Shown here: one piece after another, positions 53,237-63,951 of the stretch | Layout of the letters: the number at the start of each line of letters is the position of its first letter | Numbering within the stretch: position 1 is the first letter of the stretch | From: an uncultured Planctomycetaceae bacterium | GTDB lineage: Bacteria; Planctomycetota; Planctomycetia; Planctomycetales; Planctomycetaceae | Direction: 5' to 3' | Assembly (NCBI GenBank): GCA_963815195.1 | Contig: CAWFGE010000019.1 | Location: forward strand, 64,001-128,000 | Length of the DNA stretch: 64,000 bases | Program-made: the position numbers and the translations under genes | The notes under the pieces: model-generated | What the model saw: the letters and a program-made list of their open reading frames with translations, nothing else | What the model was told of the DNA's origin: nothing | Databases searched by the model: none

Positions 53237-54646
53237 ATGCAGGAAACGCAAACACGCGACTCGGCGGGATTGGGAAACAAGACCGAACACTCCGCAGCCG
53301 AGGCGAACTGGGCGGCCGCGGTGGGGATGTCGCCGCTCTTATGGGGCGGAGCGCTCACGGTCGGCTTCTACGAAGCGATCCCCTACCTGCCCGTCAAAAG
53401 CGAATTGGCGAAGCGGTATTTTTGCGGGCACCCGCTGGAATATGCGATCGCGGGATTGTTCTTTCTGGGCATTGCGATCTTGGCGCTCAAGATGTTCCGC
53501 CTGAGCACCGAAAAAGCCGCCCTCGGGGCCGAGGAACTGGGCGAGGCGGATCTCTCCCCCACAGGCGATGCCCTGGAAATGGCCGGCCGGTTGGAAGCCC
53601 ACGCGAAATCTCTGCCCCGCGGCTGGCGGCAGACGGTCTTGCTGCGGCGGATCAGCGATGTGTGCCGGTACGTCAAAGGCCGCCGGTCGGCCGACGGTTT
53701 GGAAGAGCATTTGAAATACCTCGCGGATCAATCCTACGACCGCGCCCACGAGAGTTTCGGGCTGGTCCGCACGATCAATTGGGCGGTGCCGATTATTGGG
53801 TTCTTGGGAACGGTGGTGGGGATCACGCTGGCGATTGCCAACGTCACGCCCGACCAATTGGACACGTCGCTCAACGCCGTCACCGGCGGCCTCGCGGTGG
53901 CGTTTGACACCACGGCCCTGTCCCTGTCGCTGACCTTGGTCCTGGTGTTTTTCTATTTTGTCGTGGAACGCTCCGAGCAGCAGATTCTTTCCCGCGTCGA
54001 AGACTTCGGCAGCCGGCGGTTGGCGTGTTTGTTCCCGATTTCCCGCGGCGGATCGCAGGGAACGCTCGCCGATGTCGAGCACCAGGCGGCCCGGCAGCTT
54101 TTGGAAAAAACGGAAGCCCTGATCACCTGGCAAACGGAGCTTTGGAAAGATTCGCTCGAATCCCTCAGAACGCGGTGGACGGACACGCTGGCCGATCAGC
54201 AGGGGCAGTTGAGCCTGTCGCTTCAGAAAGGCATGTCCTCGACGCTGGCCGATCATTCTCGGCAGCTCGCGGAGCTTCGCGGCGGTTTTATGGACGCATT
54301 TCAAAAGATCACCGAACAAGTGCAACACCAGATCGCCGCGGCCCAGGCCGAGCAGAATCAAAAGATGGATGCGCTGGTGACGGTGCTGTTCGAGAAAACC
54401 ACCGACTGGCAAAAGCAACTGGCGAAGACGACCGCCGTCATGCAGCAGGAGTTGGAGGAACTCAAATCGCACAAAGACGTGCTCCTCAAAGTCGTCGCGG
54501 GCGAAGAGGACCTGGTGCGTCTGCAAAACCGTCTCACCGACAACCTGGAAGCCGTGCGGACGGCCGAAGCCTTCGAGCAGACGCTGCACAGCTTGAGCGC
54601 CGCGGTGCATCTCCTCACCGCCCGCACGCGCCCGAACGCCGCGTGA
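53237..54646 (+). CDS. MotA/TolQ/ExbB proton channel family protein with long coiled-coil C-terminal tail
   Basis: WAVPIIGFLGTVVGI and GGLAVAFDTTALSL TM motifs, followed by about 230 aa of Q/L/E-rich helical sequence. Confidence 0.88.
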   Translation: MQETQTRDSAGLGNKTEHSAAEANWAAAVGMSPLLWGGALTVGFYEAIPYLPVKSELAKRYFCGHPLEYAIAGLFFLGIAILALKMFRLSTEKAALGAEELGEADLSPTGDALEMAGRLEAHAKSLPRGWRQTVLLRRISDVCRYVKGRRSADGLEEHLKYLADQSYDRAHESFGLVRTINWAVPIIGFLGTVVGITLAIANVTPDQLDTSLNAVTGGLAVAFDTTALSLSLTLVLVFFYFVVERSEQQILSRVEDFGSRRLACLFPISRGGSQGTLADVEHQAARQLLEKTEALITWQTELWKDSLESLRTRWTDTLADQQGQLSLSLQKGMSSTLADHSRQLAELRGGFMDAFQKITEQVQHQIAAAQAEQNQKMDALVTVLFEKTTDWQKQLAKTTAVMQQELEELKSHKDVLLKVVAGEEDLVRLQNRLTDNLEAVRTAEAFEQTLHSLSAAVHLLTARTRPNAA

Positions 54647-55024
54647 TGTTATCTATCGAAACAACGCCCGAGCGAATCCCGCAATGCAAATGACCAACGG
54701 GATCAAAAAGAGCAGAATCGGGATCGGATTGGAAATCAGAAAAAGATCGAACCGTTTGCCCGATTTCTTCTTCCATCGCCAAAACGACATAGTGCCCTCA
54801 ATAACTATGAACCGCTACGCGGCTAACCCATGCCAATATTTGCCCTGAGTTTTATTCGTATCATTCGTGGGATTCGTGGTTCCTTGCTTTCCTCTGGGAC
54901 GGCACATTTGCGCTGAACTTAATCTGTGTCCTTCGTGGTTCCTTTTTTCCTCATCTTATCAAAACGTGTGTTGAACGCATCGGATAAATCCTGACGGACA
55001 ATTCTGTCTCAATCGGCGATTGGT

Positions 55025-57707
55025 ATGAGTGGTTCTCGCGCCCGCACCAGCAACTCCGTTTCGCTGTTTCCGTTTCTGGCGGTGCTGGTGTGCGCGATGG
55101 GGGCGCTGATTTTCCTGTTGATCGTGACGACCCGCAGGATTCGCACGGAAGCCCTGGCCAAGGCGGTCGCGGCGCGCGAGGAAAAAGCCCGCGAAGGCAT
55201 CCTTCCTCCCAAAATCGTCCGGCCGGAACTTCCGCTCATGATGCCCGCTCAGATCGAGCCGGAATCAAACGTGGTCGGGCCAATTCCGCCGAAACCGCCC
55301 GAACGCATCGAACCCATTCCGGGACTCGTCGTTTTGGGGCCGAGCCAGTCGGAACCGGTTATGCCTCCGCCGCGGGGCAAAACTCCGTCGGCGGACCCCA
55401 AACCGGTTTGGCCCTCCGCCGTCGCCCAGAAGCCGCCGCGGAACGATCCGAACACGAAGCTTCGCGCAACTCGCAAATCTCAAAGCCGCCCAAGACGCGC
55501 AGCGCAAGCGGATCAAACAAAAAGAACAAGCCGCCGCCAAACTGAAACAGCAAGTCGGCAGCCTCACCGAAGACCTCAAGAAAATCAATTCGGAAATCGA
55601 AACCTTAGCCCGCCAGCGGACCAAAGACCGCGAAACCCAGCTCGAGCTCGAACGCGCCAAGAACCAGATCCTGGGCCAGATCGCGAAGGTCGATCGCGAC
55701 ATCCAGGAAGCGCAAAAACAAAATCTCGGCGCACCGACGAAGTTTCAGGTCGTCCCCTTTGACGGGCACACCGGCACGAATTACCGGCCGATCTTGATCG
55801 AATGCACCGCCGAGGGCATGCGGTTCCAGCCGGAAAACGTGCTGCTCAAGCACGAGGACTTCGACGGCTTCACCGTGGGCAAAAATCCGCTGCTCGCCGG
55901 GGCGCGGGCTTTGTCGGATTATTGGATGAAAATCAGCCTGCGTTCGGGCGGCCGCGAGCCGGAGCCTTACATCCTGTTGATCGTCCGGCCCAGCGGCGCG
56001 AAATATTATGCGGCCCGCCGGCTTCTGGAGCCGCTCGGCCGGCCGTTCGGCTACGAGTTGGTGGAAGAGAGCCTGCCCCTCGAGATCCCCAAAGCCGACC
56101 CCGTGGCCACGGAGCTTTGTAAGCGGGCCGTGGAAGAGGTGCTCAAGGAGCGCGAGGACCTCCAGCGGCTGATCGTCTCGCGCGGACCGGAATCGCTCAG
56201 CCGAAATCCCAACTACCGCGTGATCCGCAAACCCGGCGGCGGGTTTGAGGTGGAATACGATCCGCACGGCCATCCCGCAGAAGGCGACTTCGGCGACGGT
56301 CCCGATCCGTTCGCGAAGAATCCGCTCGGCAGCGAGGGCTTCGATTCGCCCGCCACAGAACCCGGCGAAGGCAGCGGCGGCGGATCTTTCCATCGCCCGG
56401 ACAGCGCGGGAGCCGGCGGTTCGCCGCTCGTGACTCGATTGCCAGAACCCGGCACGGGCGGTGGAACGAATTATGGCTCCGGCACCGGCCGCGCGACGGG
56501 CCCGCAAGGATCCGGAACATCTCGGCGAGGCGAAACGTCCCCAGGAACCCTCGGCACGGGAAGAATTCCGTCCGCGGAGCCGTTCGCCGCGTCGCAACCG
56601 GGCAACGGCTTCGGCACGCGAAACCGCGAACCGCACTTGCTGCCCGATGACCTGATCCGCCGGTCCCGCGGACAACTTCCCTACAACGGACAGGCCGGCC
56701 CGCCCACACCGTCGATGGAGACGCATCACGGAACGCAAGCGGGACCGTTTCCCGGTGCCGAACCGCAACAGACGCCCGAACAATTCGGCAGGGTACAGGA
56801 AGAGCCTGGCCAGGGCGGTTTTCAGAATGATCCCAAAAGCGAAAAACGCGGAAAAGGTTCTCCGTTGCCGGCCGATGAACTGCCCCGGCTCGGAACGCTC
56901 GGCCGCACCGGACCGACAGGCGGTGGAGCGGGCTCTCCCGACCGCAAGGAACTTCTCACGCCCGAGGAACTCATCAACCGCTCGCCGAATTTGATTGCCG
57001 ATCCCCCCGCGAACGGTTCTCCCTCGTCGAACCGCTCGGGTGAACCGGGGCCAACCGGGACGGACGTTGGTTCCGCCGAGCAAGTTCCAGACCAACCGGC
57101 TTCGCCGGGACAAAGGCCGGCTTCGCAGGCGAGTCCCAACCGCGTGAATTCCCCCCATGCCAGCGGGCAAACGCCGCCGGAAATGCCTTTGACTTCTGCC
57201 GATCCCAATAATCATCGGGGAACGCCGTCGAATTTGCGGTCCTTCGGCCGTCCGAGCCAAAGCCAGTCTCCGAGCAGTTCGCCGCCCTCGGAACCGCCGA
57301 GCATGGCCAACCAACCGCCGATGCCGAACTTCTTCAATTTGAACTCCCGCCGGCAGATGGAAAACCGGACGACGCCTTATCAACGCCGGTGGGGGCTGTC
57401 GGATCCCCGCGCGAGCATTGGCTTTGAGCGCGAGGTCACGATTCGGGTCGAACCGAACCGCCTGGTCGTGGGGGATGCGTTCGCCGTCTCGTTCGATGAG
57501 AAAACGACCAAGGACCAGCTCTCCGCAGGCATGCTGGAAGCGGTCGAACGCAAAGTCCGCACCTGGGGCCAACCGCCGCGGAGTTTTTATTGGGTGCCCA
57601 CGATTCACTTCCAATCCCCACCGACGGGCATGCCCATCTACCAGCACATGAACGCCACCGCCAAAACCTGGGGCCTGGAAACCGTGCTCACGGAAACACG
57701 AAATTGA
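55025..57707 (+). CDS. ExbD/TolR-like N-anchored protein with coiled coil and a long Pro/Gly/Ser region, frameshift near 55466
   Basis: SLFPFLAVLVCAMGALIFLL TM. A +1 shift joins to QLANLKAAQDAQ...VVPFDGHTGTNYRPILIEC and ORF 55794..57707. Confidence 0.7.
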
Positions 57708-57720
57708 CAGAAAGCCAAGC

Positions 57721-57950
57721 CACCACGAAACACACGAAACACACGAAAAGATTTAACGCAAAGGCGCAAAGAGAAGGCGCAAAGAACGCAGAGGAACCCA
57801 ACATAGAGTGATGTAGACATTATTCAACAGATGTTAGCTTCCGAGAAGTTCGTGCTCACTTATCGATTTTCATCCCGAGGGAATTCTTTGCGGCCTCTGC
57901 GTCTTCCCTTTGCGCCTTTGCGTTAAATCTTTTCGTGGGATTCGTGTCTT
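57721..57950. repeat. Intergenic palindromic element of CACGAAA and CGCAAAG short repeats
   Basis: Left AAAAGATTTAACGCAAAGGCGCAAAGAGAAGGCGCAAAG is nearly identical to the reverse complement of about 57884-57933. TTCGTG.TTC-type half units also occur near 53035 and 54855-54940. Confidence 0.75.
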
Positions 57951-58003
57951 TTATTGGCGGTCTTTGCATTAAATCTCTTATCTGGTAGCCGGGGACATTC
58001 GTC

Positions 58004-59218
58004 ATGAGTCGCCGCCAAAAAGCCGAGATGGATTTTGGGTCCGATTCGTTTCTGGACATCATCGCGAACATCGTGGGGATCCTGATTATCCTCATCGTGA
58101 TTGCCGGCGTGCGGGTCAGTCAGCAGGCGGCCGAGGTGGCGGAATCCGAGACCACCGGCAGCGCGCGAGCCATCGCGGACGCCGAGCCCGCGTTTGTTCC
58201 GCCCTTGCCGCTGCCCCCCGAATTTCCCAAGGCGGAACCCGCCCTCACGGACGCAGCGCCGCTCGATCCCCGAATCACGGCGGCGATTCTTGCCGCTTCG
58301 GAACCCCAGTCTCCATCCAAGCCGAAGCCTCCGCGGTTGATGCCGGGCTATGTTCCCGATCCTCCCCAACCGATCGCGCCCTCGGCCAAGTTGCTCGATT
58401 CGATCGCGGCTCTCCAAACCCAGATCAAAGACCTCGACCGAGCATCAAAACAGATCGACGGAACCGCCGAGCAATGGCGGAATTGGAAATCCGAATTGGA
58501 CAAGCAAGCCGAGACCGCCCGCAAAACGCTCCAGAACGGCTGGGAATATGCCGACGCGGAGAACCGCAGGCTTCAGGATTTGAAGCGGCACCTGGATCGC
58601 ACCAAGCTCGTGTTCATCGGCAAGCAGCAGGAGTTGGCGAAGGCCGCAGAGCAAACGGCGAACATCGAGACGCTCCGGCACAAGCTGACGCCGGTGAGCC
58701 GGGAAGTCAACGACAACGAAATCCACTTCCACGTCAAGGACAACCGCGTGGCCTATGTGCCGTTGATGGATTTGGTGGAACGCATGAAGCCGCAGATCGC
58801 CCGGCAGAAGGATTGGCTGATGAAGTACCGCGAGCACCGCGGCCGCGTGGGACCGTACCGCGGGTTTGCGTTGGATTATGTCGTGGTCCGCGAGCGAATC
58901 TCGGCCCTCGAGCAAGCCCGCTTAGGCCCGGGCGTGGGGCGGGTGATCCCGATGCTCCTCAAGTTTCATCCGCAGCCCGAACTCGTCCGCGAATCGCTGG
59001 ACGAAGCGCTCCGGCCGGGTTCGGTGTTTATCCGCGAACTGCAATTGGCGGATGTCAAAACCACGCTCACGTTTTGGGTGTACCCGGACAGCTTCGGGAC
59101 GTATCGCAAGCTCAAAGAGTTCGCGCATGCGGAAGGTTTCACCGTCGCCGCCCGCCCGCTCCAGGAAGGCGACGTGATCTCCGCCTCGCCCTGGGGCAGC
59201 AAATCCGCCGGTCAATAA
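58004..59218 (+). CDS. ExbD/MotB-like N-anchored protein with TM Asp and coiled coil
   Basis: FGSDSFLDIIANIVGILIILIVIAG, Pro-rich linker, coiled coil, C-terminal TFWVYPDSF domain. Confidence 0.75.
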   Translation: MSRRQKAEMDFGSDSFLDIIANIVGILIILIVIAGVRVSQQAAEVAESETTGSARAIADAEPAFVPPLPLPPEFPKAEPALTDAAPLDPRITAAILAASEPQSPSKPKPPRLMPGYVPDPPQPIAPSAKLLDSIAALQTQIKDLDRASKQIDGTAEQWRNWKSELDKQAETARKTLQNGWEYADAENRRLQDLKRHLDRTKLVFIGKQQELAKAAEQTANIETLRHKLTPVSREVNDNEIHFHVKDNRVAYVPLMDLVERMKPQIARQKDWLMKYREHRGRVGPYRGFALDYVVVRERISALEQARLGPGVGRVIPMLLKFHPQPELVRESLDEALRPGSVFIRELQLADVKTTLTFWVYPDSFGTYRKLKEFAHAEGFTVAARPLQEGDVISASPWGSKSAGQ

Positions 59219-59278
59219 AGTCGGGTTCTTCCGGCGAAACAGGGGAACGACGACCGTGTGAAAGAAATTCCTGTCCGC

Positions 59279-59381
59279 GCTCTTTCACCTCCCCAATGGC
59301 CCAAAGGGGAGGTGAAATCCGTGGTTGATCATCACACAAAATGATCATCCGCGTCCGCCCCCCGCCGATTCGCCGGATGAG
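59279..59381. repeat. Dispersed intergenic element, copy 2
   Basis: Stem 59283-59294 / 59306-59317, then TGATCAT-N8-ATGATCA. Collinear with 6106-6220. Confidence 0.8.
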
Positions 59382-59489
59382 CGGATTTTTTTCGACTTGC
59401 CGCGACCCAACCGCAATGGCGACAATCAATAACCCGGAAAGGGGGGGCGCGCGCCTTTCCGCGGAACTCAAAGCCGGAGAACTCCCGTG

Positions 59490-61524
59490 ATGCGAACTCG
59501 GTTCTTGCTGCTCCTTCTGTCTGCCGCGGTCTTGCTGGGAAACGTTTCCACGGGATTGGCCGAGGTGCCGACCTGCGAATGGAATGCAAACCAACTCTTT
59601 GACCTCTGTGAAACCGAGGGGCTGGTGCTGTCGGCGGACAAGTCCGCGCTCCAACTGGCGTTCGGGACGGTGGTCGAAGACGACGGGCCGGCCGCCGGGT
59701 ATTCCTATCTTCCGAACCTCGAAACGCTCGACGGCAAAAAACTTGTGCGGAAGATTCTGGTGGCCGATCGCGTGCCGGCCCGCGCGGCCGCGATTCTTGC
59801 GGCCGGGGGCGGCGATTTGGAGTTTCGCTTGAACGGCAAACCGCTGGCTGTCCTGCGAACCCGGCAACTTGGCCCCTATTGGCAGGCTTATGAATTCGAT
59901 CCCGCCTTATTGCGGAAAGGCGAAAACGAAATCATCGCGGCCGGGAAGGGCAAACTCTGGATCGCCCGGAACGAGGACTTCGCCAACGGCTCGCTGACGA
60001 GAAAACAGCATCCCAACCGGAGCGCCAAGAGCACCGACGGCGGCCGATCCTGGAATGACGAGGCCCTGGGCGACCGCGGGAACGCGGACGGCGAATACTG
60101 CCTCCGCCTGGCTCTCGATCAATTCCAGCCACAGGGCCGATTGACCACGCCCGTGCTCGATACAGGCAACCTGAGTAGCAAATTCGTCGGCCGGCCGCTC
60201 GCAGACTGGGGGTCGGTCGAGCTGAAAGTCGATCGGTCGTCCCAAGCTGCAGGCGAGTGCGGGGTTCGCGTTCGTAGCGGCGAAACCGCTGTGCCCGGTC
60301 GCGATTGGACCGAATGGAAGTCGGTTTCCCTCAGCCCGGACGGAGCCGCGGCGCTTCAAGATCTCAAAGGCCGGTTCTTCCAAGTCTCCTGCACATTGCG
60401 GAGTCTCGATCCCCTCAAGTCGCCGCGTTTGCAAAAGTTGTCGCTGAAATCCTCGCCCAAATTCGCCGGGGATTGGACGGACCGGCTCCAAGTGATTGCG
60501 GCCGACAATCCGCCGATCAAACGCAGCTCGATCGAGTTTCGCTACGAGAACTCCCAGCATCCGCTGCTAAAAAAACTTCGGCGGGATTACGATCTGGATC
60601 AATTGGCGGCCGGGGCGGAGTCGGAGTTTGAGGTCATCACGCGGCTCGCGCGGTGGTCTTCCAGCCGCTGGGCGAAGCGGGGCCATCTGGGCGAAGCGTA
60701 TCCGCCCTGGAACGCGCTCGAGATTCTGAAGGATCACGCCGACGGCACGCCGGTGGGCGGCTTTTGCCAGCAGTACAACCTCGTTTTTCTCCAAGCCTGC
60801 CAGAGCCTGGGGATTCCGGCGCGGATGGTTTCGATCGGGCCGAGCGTGTTCACCGACCGCATCCGCAGCGGTCACGAGACGGTCGAGGTCTGGTCGAACG
60901 ATTATCAAAAGTGGGTCTACGTCGATGGAAACACCGCCTGGTACTTCACCGATCCAAAAACGAACATCCCCTTGTCGCTGTGGGAATTGCGGCAGGCCCA
61001 GTTGGACGCCTTCGACAAAAAGCCGACGCCCGCGCCCCGGCTCGTCAAGCTCGCCGAAACCCGCTCCACTTGGGAGGGCCTGGGGAGTTTTCCGGCGTTT
61101 CTCGAATTGCGGTTGGTGCCCCGGAGCAATTTCCTTTCGCAGGCGGCTCCGTTGCCGGTGAATCAGGGCATGCGGGGCTGGTTCTGGACGGGCTACCGGG
61201 TGTGGAGCGACGAGCGGCTTCCCGCGCGGGACATCTATCCTCACCGGATCTTCAAACGCGGAAACTTCGAGTGGCCGGTGAACTGCGTGCACTTCGTTTT
61301 GGAACCGTTGGAGACAGCCGGGACACATCAAAGTGCATGTGGATGTGGAAATGCCCAATCGGAAAATCGTGTCGGCCCGCATCGGGAAAGAACCTGCGAA
61401 GGCCGTCGCCTCCGGGTTCGATTGGCAGTTGCATCCCGGCCGAAACCGGCTCGAATTGACGCCCATCAACCAATCCGGCCGGAGCGGGCGGACCAATTCA
61501 ATCGAACTCCAATACGATCCCTGA
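59490..61524 (+). CDS. Secreted transglutaminase-like domain protein, frameshift near 61314
   Basis: Signal peptide and the triad GGFCQQY / GHETVEVWS / KWVYVDG. A plausible C-terminus (HIKVHVDVEMPN...LELTPINQSGRSG) is in the +1 frame and ends at 61524. Confidence 0.75.
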
Positions 61525-61841
61525 ACACGCAGAATGCGGTGCGCGTCTTGGGATGTGGCAGTGAGTTCCTAAAGCGGAACCGCCTCGCGGGAAATTCCCG
61601 CGCGCCGGGTGCCGTAGGCCTTGCGGTTTTCGCGCGAGTTTCCAAGAATGCGTGGGATTTGCGGGCGAAAACGCCCCATTCTTCACGCCGATCTTCTCAA
61701 CTCTGGGAAATCATTTCTAAGGGTTCTCTAGCTTCTGAGAAAAGCGGCAGGAGGCGGCTTTTGTGGTTGTCAGTTTCCTAAGATCCTGACAGAATTCCGT
61801 CGGCGCTAAGGTTCTGACGATATTTTTTCTTTGAGGATGAC

Positions 61842-62795
61842 ATGGCCAAGAAGAAGTCCACCAAAGACATTCTGGCCGCAGCCCGCGCGCAAGCGGCAAG
61901 TTCCGAAGGCGGTTCGGAAGAGTCTCCGGCCGAGGAAACACCGGCCGGCCAGCCAGCCGAAACTCCCCAGCCGAAGGCTCCGCCAAAGACGGGCGGCGGT
62001 TCGCCCGGATCGACCAAAGACATCCTGGCCGCGGCCCGCGCAGCGGCGGCGGGCGGCGGAAGCAAAACCGCATCCTCTGACAGCCCCAAGCCCGCCGCGA
62101 AGAAGCCGGCGGCAAAAAAAACCGCCGCCGTCGTCGTCGGCGAGAAGCCCTCGGTGCAGGAAATGCTCAAAGCCGCGCGGGAAGGCAAACCCGCTGGCGA
62201 AAAACCGGCCGTTCCCCCGCCGAAAAAGCCCGTCGCGGCCGGGGCGATTCGCGCGGCGAAGAACAAAGCGGCCCAGGAAGATCAAGATCGCCGCGTGTTC
62301 TTGCTGTCGTGGCTGTTCGCGCCGTTTATGCTGGCGTGGATTCTGTTCTCCGGGGCGACGGTCGCGTTTTTGTTGGGGATGGCCCGGTTTATGATGCCCA
62401 ACGTCCTTGTCGAGCCGCCCAGTAACTTCAAAGTCGGCGGTCCCGGCGATTTTTCTGCGGGCACCGTGTCCACCAAGTTCAAGGCGGAATACGGCGTGTG
62501 GGTTGTGAACACCGTCTATCAAGGCAAGCAAATCATCTTCGCCCTCCGGTCCGTGTGCACGCACCTGGGCTGCACGCCAAACTGGCTCGAAGGCGAGCAG
62601 AAATTCAAATGCCCCTGCCACGGCTCGGGGTTCTATATCGACGGGATCAACTTTGAAGGCCCCGCGCCCCGGCCGCTGGAGCGGGTGGGCATCGCCTTGG
62701 CTCCCGACGGCCTCTTGCAAGTGGATAAAAGCCTCACATTCCAGCAGGAAATGGGCCAATGGGAAGACCCCGCCTCCTATTACGAGGTGGCGTAA
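61842..62795 (+). CDS. petC: Rieske [2Fe-2S] subunit of a cytochrome bc complex with a long low-complexity N-terminus
   Basis: CTHLGC and CPCHGS, GPAPRPL, internal DRRVFL twin-arginine motif before the TM helix. Confidence 0.9.
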   Translation: MAKKKSTKDILAAARAQAASSEGGSEESPAEETPAGQPAETPQPKAPPKTGGGSPGSTKDILAAARAAAAGGGSKTASSDSPKPAAKKPAAKKTAAVVVGEKPSVQEMLKAAREGKPAGEKPAVPPPKKPVAAGAIRAAKNKAAQEDQDRRVFLLSWLFAPFMLAWILFSGATVAFLLGMARFMMPNVLVEPPSNFKVGGPGDFSAGTVSTKFKAEYGVWVVNTVYQGKQIIFALRSVCTHLGCTPNWLEGEQKFKCPCHGSGFYIDGINFEGPAPRPLERVGIALAPDGLLQVDKSLTFQQEMGQWEDPASYYEVA

Positions 62796-62866
62796 TCCTT
62801 GGTTGTTTGTGCGTTGTGATTGGCTCAGTCAGGTTCGAGGAAACCTTGGCGGGATAGGAACATTCC

Positions 62867-63640
62867 ATGTCGGTTGGTGACTACATTCGGAATTCGCAGG
62901 TTTGGAAGAGTATCTTTCGGCATCCCGCACCGGTGGATCGGCGAAACCGCTCCATCGTGATGCTGACCAACTTCTTCCTGCATTTGCATCCCGTGTCCGT
63001 CAAGAAGGAAGGCATCGCCTTGTCCTACACCTGGTGTATGGGCGGGATCACCTTCTTTCTGTTCCTGGTGGAAACGCTCACTGGCGTTCTGCTGATGTTC
63101 TACTACCGGCCCACGCTCGAATGGGCCTTCAACGACATCCTGGCCCTCCGCGATGTGCAGACGCTGGGCATCATGCGGGAGATTCACCGCTGGGCGGCCC
63201 ACGCGATGGTGATCACCGTGTGGCTGCACATGTACCGGGTGTTTCTCACGGGAAGCTACAAGCCGCCCCGCGAGTTCAATTGGGTCGTCGGGGTGTTGCT
63301 GTTGGTGCTGACGTTATTGCTGTCGTTCACCGGCTATTTGCTGCCTTGGGATCAGTTGGCGATTTGGGCCATCACCGTGGGCTCCAACATGGCCCGCGCG
63401 ACGCCGTTCCTCGGCAACGAAGGTCCGGGAGCCCAGATATTAAACGTGGGCGGGTTCGACTTGATTACCAGCGGCAGCGATGCCCGGTTTCTGCTCTTGG
63501 GCGGAAGATTCGTCGGCGAGGCGACGCTCAACCGGTTTTACATTCTTCACTGCGTGGCGATCCCCTTGGTTGTCGCGGGGCTGATCGCGATCCACTTCTG
63601 GCGCGTGCGAAAAGACGGCGGCATCAGTCAGCCTTTGTAG
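62867..63640 (+). CDS. petB: Cytochrome b N-terminal subunit (cytochrome b6-like, split type)
   Basis: WCMGGIT, TG..L..YY.P, HRWAAH..V....LH..RVF.TG.YK.PRE.NW, GY.LPWDQ, RFY.LH, H...VRK.GIS.PL. Confidence 0.92.
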   Translation: MSVGDYIRNSQVWKSIFRHPAPVDRRNRSIVMLTNFFLHLHPVSVKKEGIALSYTWCMGGITFFLFLVETLTGVLLMFYYRPTLEWAFNDILALRDVQTLGIMREIHRWAAHAMVITVWLHMYRVFLTGSYKPPREFNWVVGVLLLVLTLLLSFTGYLLPWDQLAIWAITVGSNMARATPFLGNEGPGAQILNVGGFDLITSGSDARFLLLGGRFVGEATLNRFYILHCVAIPLVVAGLIAIHFWRVRKDGGISQPL

Positions 63641-63697
63641 CGGGAAACTCGAAATCCAAAACAAATCCCAATTTCAGTCGTTTCAAATTACGAAAAA

Positions 63698-63951
63698 AGG
63701 ACCGAAGGTCCGGCTCTATGTCAGCCCAGGACGCAGTCCTGGGGAACGGGAACGAACAAATTGCAGAAGCCCCAACGGGGCGGTCCTAAATCGGAGATAG
63801 GCAAGTGCCTCAGTCCGTGGCGAAAGTCGGTATTCCCATTGTGTTTTCCCCCAAGGGCCGCCCCGTTGGGGCTTGCGTTTCATTCATCATCCCGGACCCA
63901 GGGCGGCGCTGCGCTTGCCCTGGGCTGACATAGAGCCGGACCTTCGGCCCT
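63698..63951. repeat. Long multi-stem palindromic element, copy 2
   Basis: Homologous to 48840-49052 with a different central spacer. The short AT-rich left flank (TTTCAAAT...GAAAAA) is also shared. Confidence 0.85.

Noticed and set aside
53237..59218. Zorya anti-phage system or flagellar stator
   Set aside because: No OmpA-like peptidoglycan-binding domain was recognised in either partner, and no zorC/D/E or flagellar genes are nearby.
59487..61781. 764-aa ORF as the true transglutaminase-like product
   Set aside because: After about 61314 it reads as non-coding-like sequence, while the +1 frame gives a plausible C-terminus ending at 61524.
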